DNA from: Candidatus Kaiserbacteria bacterium RIFCSPHIGHO2_01_FULL_53_31
GTDB taxonomy: Bacteria > Patescibacteriota > Minisyncoccia > Phycocordibacterales > Phycocordibacteraceae
DNA: 59,528 bases
Direction: 5' to 3'
NCBI GenBank assembly: GCA_001781095.1
Contig: MFKU01000014.1
Location: forward strand, 1 to 59,528
In this document: positions 9,002-19,473 of the stretch, piece after piece
Layout of the letters: every line of letters starts with the position of its first letter
Position numbering within the stretch: the first letter of the stretch is position 1
The notes under the pieces: model-generated
Database searches by the model: none
Seen by the model: the letters and a program-made list of their open reading frames with translations, nothing else
What the model was told of the DNA's origin: nothing
Program-made: the position numbers and the translations under genes

Positions 9002-10672
9002 ATGGATTCACCCTTTGATACTCAAAGTGAGGACGCGAAACTCTCCGAAATGCATGCGCGCGAGGAGGAGGATGTCGTGCAGATCCTCTCCGAGAAATAT
9101 GGTATTCCTTACGTCGATCTTTCACTGAAAGAAGTAGACAACGACGCGCTCCGCACTATTCAAGAGGCGCAGGCGCGCGAGGCCGAGGCAGCAGCATTCG
9201 CTCGCGTTGCGCATGAACTCTCGCTCGCCATTCATAATCCGAACAACCCGGCGCTTACCAAACTTATCAGCGACCTCACGGGACGCGGGTTCAAGCTTAA
9301 AGAATTCCTCGTCTCGAAGCGGAGTTTGGAAAAAGCGTTTGCACGGTATAGCGACTTGTCGCTCGCGACCGAATCAAAGGCAGGGATATTCACGGTCGCG
9401 CCTGCAACGCTCGCGAAGTTAACTCGGCAAAACGGAACGCATGCCGCATTCGGCGCGGAGCTCGATACGGCGGCGGCGGCGAAATCACTCGATCACGTGT
9501 CGTATGTTTTCGAAGTCATTCTCGCCGGAGCATTTGCGCTCCGCGCCTCTGATATTCACTTCGAGCCCGAAACCGAGAAAACGCGTTTGCGTCTGCGTGT
9601 GGACGGCCTCCTTACTGATATTCATTTCTTCGATCCAAAAACGTATCACCAGCTCAATTCGCGCATCAAACTTCTCTCGGGAGTGAAGCTGAATGTGGCT
9701 AATCGTGCGCAAGATGGACGCTTCAGTGTCGCGCGGGAGGACGGTCAGGTAGAAATGCGCGTCTCGTTCATCCCGGGCAATTACGGTGAATCAATTGTTC
9801 TGCGCATCCTCGACCCAAAAGCGACAAAAGTTTCTTATAAAGAACTCGGTATTCATCCGAAGTTGCTCGCACGACTGGAGACAGAAATCCGTCGATCAAA
9901 CGGCATGCTCCTCACGACGGGACCTACGGGGAGCGGCAAAACAACGACGCTGTATTCATTCTTGCGCGAGATACATTCTCCCGAAATAAAGATCATTACT
10001 ATTGAAGACCCGATCGAGTACCACCTCGACGGTATCGTGCAAACGCAGGTTGCGGGAACGAAGTACACCTTTGCCGAAGGTCTTAAATCTATCGTGCGCC
10101 AAGATCCGGACATCATCATGGTTGGTGAAATTCGCGATGGCGAGACTGCCGATATTGCTATTCAGGCGGCGCTCACCGGCCACTTTGTCTTCTCGACCTT
10201 ACACACCAACGATGCCGCTGGCACCTTCCCGCGCCTCTGCGACCTTGGAGCAGACCCGAAGTCCTTCGGGTCTGCTGTCACCGTCTCGATGGCCCAACGC
10301 CTCGTACGCACGCTTGATCCGGACAAAAAGAAAGAACGTCCACTCACCGATGCTGAGAAAAAAATGATCGCAAACGTATTTGAGCCGCTAGCCGATAAAA
10401 CTTTAATTCCTGAAAAAATAGAAACGGTCTGGGAACCATCTCCTGCGAATGAAGAGGAGACGGGTTACAAAGGCCGCATCGGCCTCTACGAAGCAATCTT
10501 TATGAACGACGAGCTCGCCACTCTCTTGCGCGATAACCCGCCCGCAAACGAAATCGCGAAGTTGGCAGCCAAGCAGGGCTATCTCATGATGGCGCAAGAC
10601 GGCATATTGAAGGCACTCGCGGGTGTGACTTCCCTCTCCGAAGTCGCCGCCACCATCGACCTGCCACAATAA
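9002..10672 (+). CDS. GspE/PilB family type IV pilus assembly ATPase (copy 1)
   Basis: ASDIHFEP, QDGRF, GPTGSGKTTT, EDPIEY, RQDPDIIMVGEIRD and STLHTN; likely start ATG 9002. Confidence 0.92.
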   Translation: MDSPFDTQSEDAKLSEMHAREEEDVVQILSEKYGIPYVDLSLKEVDNDALRTIQEAQAREAEAAAFARVAHELSLAIHNPNNPALTKLISDLTGRGFKLKEFLVSKRSLEKAFARYSDLSLATESKAGIFTVAPATLAKLTRQNGTHAAFGAELDTAAAAKSLDHVSYVFEVILAGAFALRASDIHFEPETEKTRLRLRVDGLLTDIHFFDPKTYHQLNSRIKLLSGVKLNVANRAQDGRFSVAREDGQVEMRVSFIPGNYGESIVLRILDPKATKVSYKELGIHPKLLARLETEIRRSNGMLLTTGPTGSGKTTTLYSFLREIHSPEIKIITIEDPIEYHLDGIVQTQVAGTKYTFAEGLKSIVRQDPDIIMVGEIRDGETADIAIQAALTGHFVFSTLHTNDAAGTFPRLCDLGADPKSFGSAVTVSMAQRLVRTLDPDKKKERPLTDAEKKMIANVFEPLADKTLIPEKIETVWEPSPANEEETGYKGRIGLYEAIFMNDELATLLRDNPPANEIAKLAAKQGYLMMAQDGILKALAGVTSLSEVAATIDLPQ

Positions 10673-10908
10673 AACCAAGCCAGCAGACGATTTCTCGCCT
10701 ACTGGCCTCGCTCCTGAACATATTCCTCCAGGCAAAACCCGCATAAATGCGGGGGGAGCGTAGCACCTGAGGATATTCGCAGCATTAATACCGAGGTACT
10801 AGACCATGAAGTCCTTGGGGAAACGCTCGAAGCCGTCAAGCCTTGCCTAGAGGAATATGCACAAGATCAAAAAACGTGTGGTAGAATGCTAGCACATACC
10901 TTGTTTCT

Positions 10909-11904
10909 ATGTCAACCCCCTCCTTAAAATCGATCGTCGTACCTCAAGTTCTTGATGCGGCACTGCGCCCGGTACATTGGGACGATTATGTGGGGCAGAA
11001 ACAGGTTAAAGCGAACGTCCGCATCGCGATCGATGCTGCAAAGAAGCGAGGCGGGATGCCCGAGCACTTCCTTTTCTACGGGCCGCCGGGAGTTGGTAAG
11101 ACAACGCTCGCCCATTTAGTCGCGACAACGCTTGATGCTCCACTCAAAAGCACGTCCGGTGTGGCAATCGAACGTGCAGCGGATCTCGCCGCTATTCTTA
11201 CGAATCTCGATCCGGGTACTGTGCTTTTCATCGATGAGATCCACCGCCTCTCGCACAAAATCGAGGAGTTGCTGTATCCGGCGCTTGAAGGTTCGCATCT
11301 CGATATCGTCCTCGGGAAGGGTCCTTCGGCGCGGACGGTTGAGCTCGCGCTCCCCTCCTTCACTCTTGTCGGTGCGACCACCCGCGTTGCAGAACTCTCG
11401 GGTCCACTCCGTTCGCGCTTCGGTGGCGGCATCTACCAACTCGATTTCTATACCGACGACGACCTGCGAGATATCATTCGCCGTTCCGCACAGGTGCTTG
11501 GGCTTACTGCTCCGGAGGAAGTGATTGAACGCATCGCGGCACGAAGCCGCGCGACGCCGCGTGTCGCAAACGCGCTTCTGAAACGCGTTCGCGACTTCTC
11601 TGAAGTCCGAGAACGTGCTCTCACCGCCGCACTCTGCGATGAGGCATGCAAACTCTTCGGTATAGATTCTCTCGGCCTCACGAAAGATGATCGGCGTTAT
11701 CTTGAAACGCTTATGAATGGTTTCCACGGCGGTCCAGCCGGCGTGCGTGCGCTCGTCGCCGCTCTGCACGAGGATGTAGACACCGTCGAGCACGTGTATG
11801 AACCGTATCTCCTGCGGCTCGGTTTTATCGAGCGTTCTCCGCGCGGTCGCATCTTGACCCCCGCAGGCCGCGAGTATTTGAATGGCGACACTCTGCCAAT
11901 TTGA
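10909..11904 (+). CDS. ruvB: Holliday junction branch migration helicase RuvB
   Basis: LRP..YVGQ, GPPGVGKTTLA, FIDEIHRL, GATTR, EPYLL and PRGR. Confidence 0.97.
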   Translation: MSTPSLKSIVVPQVLDAALRPVHWDDYVGQKQVKANVRIAIDAAKKRGGMPEHFLFYGPPGVGKTTLAHLVATTLDAPLKSTSGVAIERAADLAAILTNLDPGTVLFIDEIHRLSHKIEELLYPALEGSHLDIVLGKGPSARTVELALPSFTLVGATTRVAELSGPLRSRFGGGIYQLDFYTDDDLRDIIRRSAQVLGLTAPEEVIERIAARSRATPRVANALLKRVRDFSEVRERALTAALCDEACKLFGIDSLGLTKDDRRYLETLMNGFHGGPAGVRALVAALHEDVDTVEHVYEPYLLRLGFIERSPRGRILTPAGREYLNGDTLPI

Positions 11905-11960
11905 ATTTCCTATCTGCTGATTTACTATTCCCTGCAACCTATTCACTAACAAACTAGTTC

Positions 11961-12518
11961 ATGTCCGGACACAGCAAATGGTCACAGATAAAGAGACAGA
12001 AAGGCGTGACCGATATCGCGAAGTCGCGCGTCTTTGCGAAATACGCGCGTATGATCACGCTTGAAGCGAAGAAGGCGGGCGGGCAAATTAATTCCCCAGC
12101 ACTTATCGCTGCCATCGCGCGCGCGAAGGCGGCTAATATGCCGAAGGACAACATCGACCGAGCGATGGCGAAGGGCACATCAAAGGACGCGGGTTCGATG
12201 GAACAGCTCCAGTGCGAGGCGTATGGGCCCGGCGGTACAGCTATTTTGATCGAAGCACTTACCGATAATAAAAATCGCACCGTACAAGAACTGAAACATT
12301 TGCTCTCACGAAATGGTGTCGAGCTTGCGGCACCCGGCTCCGCGAGTTGGGCGTTTTCTAAATTTCCGGAAGGCTGCTTGGTACCAAATGAGCCACTGAT
12401 GGAGCTCGGCGAAGCAGACGAGGAGAAGTTGGGCGTTATTCTCACCGCTCTCGACGAGCATGATGACGTCCAGGAGGTGTATACCAATGCGCTCGGCTAT
12501 GAGAAAGTATCCGATTAA
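11961..12518 (+). CDS. yebC: YebC/PmpR family protein (short form)
   Basis: MSGHSKWSQIKRQK, NMPKDNIDRA, EAYGPGG, TDNKNRT, DDVQEVYTN. Confidence 0.93.
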   Translation: MSGHSKWSQIKRQKGVTDIAKSRVFAKYARMITLEAKKAGGQINSPALIAAIARAKAANMPKDNIDRAMAKGTSKDAGSMEQLQCEAYGPGGTAILIEALTDNKNRTVQELKHLLSRNGVELAAPGSASWAFSKFPEGCLVPNEPLMELGEADEEKLGVILTALDEHDDVQEVYTNALGYEKVSD

Positions 12519-12520
12519 CC

Positions 12521-12991
12521 ATGAGGATACTTGCGATTGACCCCGGCTATGACCGGCTCGGCGTCGCGGTTGTCGAAGGTGATTCATCGCGGCCGACGCT
12601 CATCATGAGCGATTGTGTGATACCCAGAAAAGGCGAACGCAAGGATCGTCTCGCCACAGTATCGTGCACGATTTCTGCCGCAATTGAGAAGTACACACCT
12701 GATGCACTCGCTCTCGAGACGCTTTTTTTCAATGCAAATGTAAAGACGGCCCTCGGCGTCGCTGAAGCGCGCGGCGCCATCTTGGCGGCTGCTGGCATCG
12801 CTTCACTCACTGTTATTGAGTGCTCGCCACAACAGGTGAAAGTTGCGATTACCGGCCACGGTGGCGCCGATAAAACTGCCGTCGCGCAGATGATCCCGCG
12901 ACTTCTCACCCTCCCGACTAAAAAACGGCTCGATGATGAACTTGACGCCATAGCTATCGGCATCACCGCGCTTGCGACAAATCGTTTTTAG
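12521..12991 (+). CDS. ruvC: Crossover junction endodeoxyribonuclease RuvC
   Basis: ILAIDPG, E.LFF, EARG, DDELDAIAI. Confidence 0.95.
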   Translation: MRILAIDPGYDRLGVAVVEGDSSRPTLIMSDCVIPRKGERKDRLATVSCTISAAIEKYTPDALALETLFFNANVKTALGVAEARGAILAAAGIASLTVIECSPQQVKVAITGHGGADKTAVAQMIPRLLTLPTKKRLDDELDAIAIGITALATNRF

Positions 12992-13094
12992 AACTAATCC
13001 ACACCTAGCGAAAATAGTGCTTGCAAGAAAACTTATTTTCGTTTAAATATAGCGGTCTCGCTTGAGACGCGATTACCTATCTACACTATATAGT

Positions 13095-13202
13095 ATGAAT
13101 GAAGAAATTCGTGATGAGAACATCTTTGGCGATGACGTCGACGGACTCGATAAAGATAAAGAAGGCGAATTTGAGGAGGAGGACGTGGAGGAGGACGTCT
13201 AA
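13095..13202 (+). CDS. Small, very acidic peptide (35 aa)
   Basis: ATG 13095 to TAA 13202, MNEEIRDENIFGDDVDGLDKDKEGEFEEEDVEEDV; below the ORF-track length cutoff. Confidence 0.5.
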   Translation: MNEEIRDENIFGDDVDGLDKDKEGEFEEEDVEEDV

Positions 13203-13241
13203 ACGACGAGTTACGACATAATTCGTGTTAGCATACGAGCC

Positions 13242-15437
13242 ATGATGGCTCGTATGCTAGTTCATACAAAGAAATTGCACGCTTGGTGGCGTACGTCGCG
13301 ACGACACATTCTTATCGTGTCAGCTTTTGTGATTTTCGGCCTCGCGCTGACTCTCGCCGGGGGGACCCTACTGGCCGTCGCCTTCACTCCAACACCGAGC
13401 ATCAGTTCCTTTGCTGATCGCCAGGTCGATCAGTCGACAAAAATCTATGATCGCACCGGCCAGATACTCCTGTACGACTACAACAGAGATGCGAAGCGCA
13501 ACATCGTGCCGCTTGCTGACATATCCCGAAATGCCATCAGTGCAACGTTGGCTATTGAAGATTCCGATTTCTACGCGCATGGTGGTATTCGTCTAACCTC
13601 CATTTTCCGCGCGATTATCTTTGACATCATTGGTGGTTCTCTTTCACAGGGCGGTTCAACGATCACACAACAGGTGGTGAAAAATACGCTGCTCACCAAT
13701 AAAAAGAGCATCACGCGCAAAGTGCACGAATGGGTACTCGCGCTGAAACTCGAGCAGTCCTATTCAAAAGATCAGATTCTCGAGACATATCTGAATAGCA
13801 TTCCGTACGGCGGGACGCTGTATGGAATCGAAGCTGCATCTGAAGCGTATTTCGGCATTCCCGCAAAAGATCTTTCCACCGCGCAGGCGGCCTATCTCGC
13901 AGCGATGATCCAAGCGCCGACGCACTACTCTCCTTATGGACCGAACCGCGCCGAGGTTGATTCGCGTAAAGATCTTGTGCTTGATCGTATGCGCGCACTC
14001 GGATTCATCGATGACGCCACTCATACTGCGGCCAGAGCGGAGCTCGTGTCCTTCTCCCCTTCGGGTCAAAATTCTATCATCGCACCTCATTTCGTTTTCT
14101 ATATTCTCAGCCAACTGGAAGAAATGTACGGGTCAGACGCCCTCATGACGGGGCTTAAGGTCACCACGACGCTTGATGCGGATCTTGAGATAAAGGCTGA
14201 ATCTATCGTAAGCCGCTATGCACTCGAGAACGTTAGTAAATTTAAAGCATCAAATGCGTCGCTCGTTGCAATCGATCCGGCGACCGGGCAGATCCTCGCG
14301 ATGGTCGGCTCGCGCAGCTTCTTCGATACCGGCATCGACGGACAATACAACGCGACGCTCGCCCTCAGACAGCCCGGCTCGACGATGAAGCCATTTATAT
14401 ACTCTCTTGCACTTATGCGCGGATACACACGCGATACGGTTATCTTCGATGTTCCAACACAGTTTTCAACCGCGTGCAGCCCTACAGACGTTATGAATAG
14501 CACACCGCCCTGCTATGCCCCGAAAGATTATGACAATAATTTCCGCGGCCCCATGACGTTTGAGACGGCACTCGCCCAATCGATCAACATCCCTGCTATC
14601 AAAGTGCTCTATCTCGTCGGTATCAAAAATGCAATAAATCTTGCTAAATCATTCGGGCTGAACACGCTTGGCGACGCGAGCCAGTACGGCCTCACGCTCG
14701 TACTCGGCGGTGGTGAAGTCCGTCTTTTGGATCTTGTCGGCGCGTATAGTGTCTTCGCCAATGATGGGGTGAGAAATACTCCCACAGGCATTCTTGAAGT
14801 GAAGGACGGCCAGGGGAACGCACTCGTAAAATTTAAAACGAGTGCATCACAAGTATTGCCTGCTGCGATTGCGCGCGACCTATCCGCGATGCTCTCTGAC
14901 GCACCAGCGCGCTTGCCTGAATATCCACTCAATTCTCCCCTCTCCTTCCCCGGATACGACGTCGCGGCGAAAACGGGTACAACCGACGACACGCGCGATG
15001 CGTGGGTTATCGGCTATACACCCTCGATTGCACTCGGTGTGTGGGCCGGCAACAACGACAATACGCCGATGGTGAAATCTATCGCAGGATACATCGCGGC
15101 GCCGATGTGGCACGAGGCGCTTGCGTACGCACTTACGAAATATCCAAAAACATACTTCGGCGAGCCAAATCCTATTTCAGCTTCCGTGCCACCAATGCTG
15201 CAGGGTAATTGGCAAATACCTGACGGTGCAGGCAACGTTGCTCCGCACAGCCTCCTGTACTGGACTGATAAAAACAACCCGCAAGGTTCTCCGCCTTCCA
15301 ATCCTGCGCAAGACCCTCAGTTTTCGGCGTGGGAATACGGAATACAAGTGTGGTACGCGAGCTACCCGAATCTATTCATCAATCCGCCGATCTTCGTTCC
15401 TCTTTCTTATACAACGCAGACAACTTCACAACAATAG
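13242..15437 (+). CDS. Class A penicillin-binding protein (transglycosylase/transpeptidase)
   Basis: AIED..FY.H.G, GGSTITQQVVKN, RK..E, STMK (SxxK), SIN (SxN), KTGT. Confidence 0.95.
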   Translation: MMARMLVHTKKLHAWWRTSRRHILIVSAFVIFGLALTLAGGTLLAVAFTPTPSISSFADRQVDQSTKIYDRTGQILLYDYNRDAKRNIVPLADISRNAISATLAIEDSDFYAHGGIRLTSIFRAIIFDIIGGSLSQGGSTITQQVVKNTLLTNKKSITRKVHEWVLALKLEQSYSKDQILETYLNSIPYGGTLYGIEAASEAYFGIPAKDLSTAQAAYLAAMIQAPTHYSPYGPNRAEVDSRKDLVLDRMRALGFIDDATHTAARAELVSFSPSGQNSIIAPHFVFYILSQLEEMYGSDALMTGLKVTTTLDADLEIKAESIVSRYALENVSKFKASNASLVAIDPATGQILAMVGSRSFFDTGIDGQYNATLALRQPGSTMKPFIYSLALMRGYTRDTVIFDVPTQFSTACSPTDVMNSTPPCYAPKDYDNNFRGPMTFETALAQSINIPAIKVLYLVGIKNAINLAKSFGLNTLGDASQYGLTLVLGGGEVRLLDLVGAYSVFANDGVRNTPTGILEVKDGQGNALVKFKTSASQVLPAAIARDLSAMLSDAPARLPEYPLNSPLSFPGYDVAAKTGTTDDTRDAWVIGYTPSIALGVWAGNNDNTPMVKSIAGYIAAPMWHEALAYALTKYPKTYFGEPNPISASVPPMLQGNWQIPDGAGNVAPHSLLYWTDKNNPQGSPPSNPAQDPQFSAWEYGIQVWYASYPNLFINPPIFVPLSYTTQTTSQQ

Positions 15438-15558
15438 GACGTTCATATACGCTCGTGTATCCCAACATACGAAAAACACCTTCTTAAAAGTGTCCTTGAA
15501 ACAAATGCTTCGATACAAAAAAAGAAATTGATGGTGATGACAAAATAGACTGAGCACC

Positions 15559-16659
15559 TTATTGATTCATCGGGGAGATGAGATAGAGAAGTGAGTTATC
15601 GCCAACACCTTTGATAATGATGGGGCGGCCGATGCCGGCTGCGGTGAGAGAAATACTTTCAGAAGTTGTGAGAGAAAATACCGTTGAGAGGAAGCGATGA
15701 TTGAATGAGAGATTCAGGTCGCTGCCTAAGATTTGTGCCGAAAGCGATTCGGAAGATTCACCGATGTCGCTATTTTTTGCAAAGAGTACCAGATGTTTTC
15801 TTTTCGGATCGAAGCTGAGTGAGACTTTCTGGAATGAGTCTGCAAAAATAGTCGTTCGCTTCAGCGCTGTTTCGAAATCCTTTCGTAGTACAACTGCTTC
15901 AACGATGGAGTCTTTTGGTATTATTTGGCGATAATCGGGATACGCCGCACTTGTGAGTCGTGAGACGATCATTCCTTGTGAGCTCACAAATGCACACTGG
16001 TGTTCATCAAATGAAATAGTTACATCGCCGTCCGGGAGCGCCTGCGCTATCTCAAGTGCATTTTTTGCCGGTATGAGGAACGTCCCTTGGATGCCTTTAT
16101 TACTGAGTGGCACTTTTTTCTCTGCGAGCCGAAAGGAATCAGTTGCTACAACCGTTAATAATCCTCCTTCGACCGCGAAGTAGAGACTTGCGAGCTCCGG
16201 CCTGATGGTTGATGGTGACGCACAAGCAGCAATAGAGCTAAAAAGAGTTCGCAGCAGAACCCCAGGAAGAAGTATATTTTTTTTTGGGTTCTCCGGAAAT
16301 GGAATCGAGGGAAAATCGTCGTAGGGAACGGTCTTTATGGCACTTTTACTGGTCCCACTCGTGAGGGAAATGACATCTCCCGAGTGCTCAAGGGTTATTT
16401 TTCCCTCTCCCACGAGCGAACCCGCTATTTGTTGGAGCAGTGTCGCAGGAATAGCAACGACACCCTCACTCATACATATTCCTTCTAGTTTGAGGTCGAT
16501 ACCCGTTTCAAGATTCGTCGCGCGCATTTTTATTCCATCATCTCCTGCCAGTATGAGAATCGAAGAGAGTGCTGGTAGTGTCGAGCTCTTACGCTCAGCA
16601 AATCGTGCGACTTTATACACAGCTTCAGAGAATATCTTTTTTTCAATTGAAATATTCAT
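15559..16659 (-). CDS. dnaN: DNA polymerase III beta sliding clamp
   Basis: ATNLE, VATDSFRLA, YPDYRQIIP and C-terminal LISPM; downstream of dnaA. Confidence 0.95.
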   Translation of the reverse strand: MNISIEKKIFSEAVYKVARFAERKSSTLPALSSILILAGDDGIKMRATNLETGIDLKLEGICMSEGVVAIPATLLQQIAGSLVGEGKITLEHSGDVISLTSGTSKSAIKTVPYDDFPSIPFPENPKKNILLPGVLLRTLFSSIAACASPSTIRPELASLYFAVEGGLLTVVATDSFRLAEKKVPLSNKGIQGTFLIPAKNALEIAQALPDGDVTISFDEHQCAFVSSQGMIVSRLTSAAYPDYRQIIPKDSIVEAVVLRKDFETALKRTTIFADSFQKVSLSFDPKRKHLVLFAKNSDIGESSESLSAQILGSDLNLSFNHRFLSTVFSLTTSESISLTAAGIGRPIIIKGVGDNSLLYLISPMNQ

Positions 16660-16864
16660 ACATGCCTTATTAGGGTTGTTGATAGCGCGCATCTATGAAA
16701 AGAAGTGAGATGTGGCTTATGTATTTTTGTCAGTACTGATTTGATAAGGTGTGGATACATAGTGTTTTATATCTATACAAGAAGTGAACGAATATTTTGA
16801 ATTTCTTTTGCCAGACTTGTATCCACAACTATTTCACGCTTTATCTTCTCGCAGGAGTGGATAA
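16660..16864. promoter_or_regulatory. Candidate oriC segment (dnaA-dnaN spacer and 3' end of dnaA)
   Basis: AT-rich spacer with one-mismatch DnaA boxes TGTGGATAC (16750), GTATCCACA (16819) and AGTGGATAA (16856). A further box, TGTGCATAA, lies at 18201 upstream of dnaA. Confidence 0.5.
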
Positions 16865-18128
16865 CTGTTGTGTGATCGCGACCACCAAGTTTCGTTCCAA
16901 TCGAGGGATACGAAATGCGAAAATCTTCTCGCAAGAGATACATAATTACTTGACGCGGACGCACCACTTCCCTTCGGCGAGTCTTCTCGTAGATACTTTC
17001 TTCGTTGATGCCGTAGAATTCAGCAACCCTGCCAACAACATTCTTCACCGAGATGCTCTTCTGTGGTCGTGTAAACGATCGCAAGGACTGACGAACTTCA
17101 GCGATGTCCGGCGCAAGTCCTTTTACTTGCGCATGACAGACAATACTGTTCACCATACCCTCTAATTCCCGTATCGATCCAGTCAATGTTGTCGCGACAT
17201 ACTCAACGACGTCGTCTGACAGAATAACCCCATGTAATGCCGCCTTTTTCCGTACTATCACCATACGTGATTCAGGGTCTGGTTCGCTGATATCGACTGC
17301 CATTCCGCTCGAAAAGCGACCTTTCAAGCGCTCGGCAATGTCAGGTATCGCGACAGGCGCACGGTCTGATGAAAAGATAATTTGCTTATTGGTGTCGTGC
17401 AGCGCGTTAAAGAGATGGAAGAGCTCCTCTTGAGTTTTGTCTTTTTTCGACAGAAATTGCACGTCGTCCATGATGAGGAGATCATATTGACGGTATTTAT
17501 CTTTGAAACGATTCGCGGTTCCCGCCTGCACCGCGTCGGTGTAATCAACAACGAATTTTTCAGATGTTAGGTAATATACTTTTCGGCCGGGATACTGCTT
17601 CTTGTATTGATTGCCAATGGCTTGTACGAGATGGGTTTTTCCTCTTCCAGTATCACCGTAAATAAAAAGAGGGTTGTAGGTGATGCCGGGACGCTGAATC
17701 GCAACTTGCGCGGCAGAGTATGCGAGATCGTTGAAGGATCCAACAACAAAGGTATCAAACGTATAGCGCGGATTTAAATTGTCGCTTTTATTGATATAAA
17801 ACTCATGTAACGGTAGTTCTAGAGCACCGCGTCCCGCGCTTACCGTCTCTTTCATGGGTTTCCTGCGTTCATCCTTCACGATCATGTATTCAATATTCCT
17901 GAATTCGTACGATACATCGCGAATAATCTTCAGTAATAACGTGTGGAACTTCTTCAGATACCAATCTTTGAAAAATTGGCTTGGGACGCCAATGTATACA
18001 ACGCCATCCTCACCTATTTTAACGACGAAACTGCTTCGGAACCATGTATTGAAATTTGCCGATGATATTGAAAGTTCAACCTGCGTGAGCATATATTCCC
18101 ATAGTTCACGCGGATTACCCTTGTCCAT
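16773..18128 (-). CDS. dnaA: Chromosomal replication initiator DnaA
   Basis: LNPRYTFDTFVVG, YNPLFIYGDTGRGKTHL, DDVQFL, QEELFHLFN, GGRDHTTVIH. Confidence 0.98.
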   Translation of the reverse strand: MDKGNPRELWEYMLTQVELSISSANFNTWFRSSFVVKIGEDGVVYIGVPSQFFKDWYLKKFHTLLLKIIRDVSYEFRNIEYMIVKDERRKPMKETVSAGRGALELPLHEFYINKSDNLNPRYTFDTFVVGSFNDLAYSAAQVAIQRPGITYNPLFIYGDTGRGKTHLVQAIGNQYKKQYPGRKVYYLTSEKFVVDYTDAVQAGTANRFKDKYRQYDLLIMDDVQFLSKKDKTQEELFHLFNALHDTNKQIIFSSDRAPVAIPDIAERLKGRFSSGMAVDISEPDPESRMVIVRKKAALHGVILSDDVVEYVATTLTGSIRELEGMVNSIVCHAQVKGLAPDIAEVRQSLRSFTRPQKSISVKNVVGRVAEFYGINEESIYEKTRRREVVRPRQVIMYLLREDFRISYPSIGTKLGGRDHTTVIHSCEKIKREIVVDTSLAKEIQNIRSLLV

Positions 18129-18224
18129 AGTGCTCTCGATTATACGCTTATTACGGAATATCTGCAGGACTAGCATTTCGGGGAGAACCTGTTAGTATCA
18201 TGTGCATAAGCTAATTTCTTTTTC

Positions 18225-18365
18225 ATGTCGACGAAACGAACCTATCAACCGAAGAAGCGCAAGCGTGCAAAGGCGCATGGCTTCCGTGTGCGTATGAAAA
18301 CGAGCTCAGGACGCAAGATCGTCCGAGGACGTCGTCGCGCCGGTCGTACGCGCCTCTCAGTCTAG
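18225..18365 (+). CDS. rpmH: 50S ribosomal protein L34
   Basis: [46 protein letters not shown] (46 aa, not in the ORF track); divergent from dnaA. Confidence 0.95.
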   Translation: MSTKRTYQPKKRKRAKAHGFRVRMKTSSGRKIVRGRRRAGRTRLSV

Positions 18366-18370
18366 ACACT

Positions 18371-18706
18371 GTGTTCCCACACAAAGAGAGAATTTCGCGT
18401 GCGGAGTTCCCTATCCTCAGCAAGACTGGCCGGAGAGTCTGTTCACCGCGTTTTAACATTGTCGTAGAAACAAATAATGGTGTATCTGCTCGGAATCATG
18501 GGTATTCTGTCGTCGTGTCCAAAAAGGTCGCGAGGCTCTCAGTAACCAGGCATCGCTTAAAGCGCCAGGTGGTCGCGGCACTCAAATCACTTTCGAACGG
18601 GCTTCCCGCGGCGCTCATCGTGTTCCCTCGGGTATCGGCGGTCGACATGGATTTCAAAGATATAAAGGCCGAGCTGGTAACACTCCTTTCTAAAATTCGG
18701 AAGTAG
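18371..18706 (+). CDS. rnpA: Ribonuclease P protein component
   Basis: VVVSKKVARLSVTRHRLKR (RNR-like motif); rpmH-rnpA-yidC synteny. Confidence 0.9.
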   Translation: MFPHKERISRAEFPILSKTGRRVCSPRFNIVVETNNGVSARNHGYSVVVSKKVARLSVTRHRLKRQVVAALKSLSNGLPAALIVFPRVSAVDMDFKDIKAELVTLLSKIRK

Positions 18707-18720
18707 CGTAGAATTGTCTT

Positions 18721-19473
18721 GTGATAAAGATTTTCTTCTACTCGGTTTTCTATAATCCTATCTACAATGCGCTTGTCGCGCTTGTCGCGCTTGTTCCGGG
18801 TTCGGACACGGGCATCGCCATTATATTGCTCACGATCATCATCCGGCTCATATTACTCCCCTTCTCGCTCTCCGCAGCACGCACCCAACGCGCGATGAAA
18901 TCACTCGAGCCGAAGATTAAAGAGCTGAAGGACAAACACAAAGGCGACAAAGAAAAAGAAGCGGTAGAGACACTCGCGCTCTATCGTGAGGCGCGCGTCA
19001 ATCCATTCGCAAGCATTTTAACCGTTTTTATTCAGCTTCCGGTGCTTCTCGCACTCTATTTCGTCTTTCTCTACGAGCCGTTTTCAACCATAAATACGGC
19101 GCGATTATATGCCTTTACACCTATCCCGGGCGCTATTTCACTCCAATTTCTCGGCCTGATTTCCCTCACTGCTAAGAGTATGATTCTCGCGATATTCGCG
19201 GGGCTCACACAGTTCCTCCAAGCCCACCTCGCTCTCTCAGGCAGCTTGAAGTCCGCGGACGGTACCAGCGTGCAAGGAGACTTCCAGAAAGTAATGAACC
19301 TCCAGCTAAAGTACGTATTCCCCTTCATCATCGCGACCATTTCATACACCACATCTGGCGCGATAGCGCTCTATTTCATCACCACCAATCTCGCAGGATC
19401 GCTCCAGGAATGGTATGTCCGCCGCACGATCGCGACACAGGAAACCGCAGTCGAGGTTCTTATAGAAGGTTAG
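18721..19473 (+). CDS. yidC: YidC/Oxa1 membrane protein insertase
   Basis: AIILLTIIIRLILLP, LYRE..VNPF, IQLPVL, ALYF..TN; synteny. Confidence 0.92.
   Translation: MIKIFFYSVFYNPIYNALVALVALVPGSDTGIAIILLTIIIRLILLPFSLSAARTQRAMKSLEPKIKELKDKHKGDKEKEAVETLALYREARVNPFASILTVFIQLPVLLALYFVFLYEPFSTINTARLYAFTPIPGAISLQFLGLISLTAKSMILAIFAGLTQFLQAHLALSGSLKSADGTSVQGDFQKVMNLQLKYVFPFIIATISYTTSGAIALYFITTNLAGSLQEWYVRRTIATQETAVEVLIEG

Noticed and set aside
10680-10900. Possible HicB-like fragment or sRNA between the ATPase gene and ruvB
   Set aside because: No start codon with a convincing ORF, and only one short hairpin.
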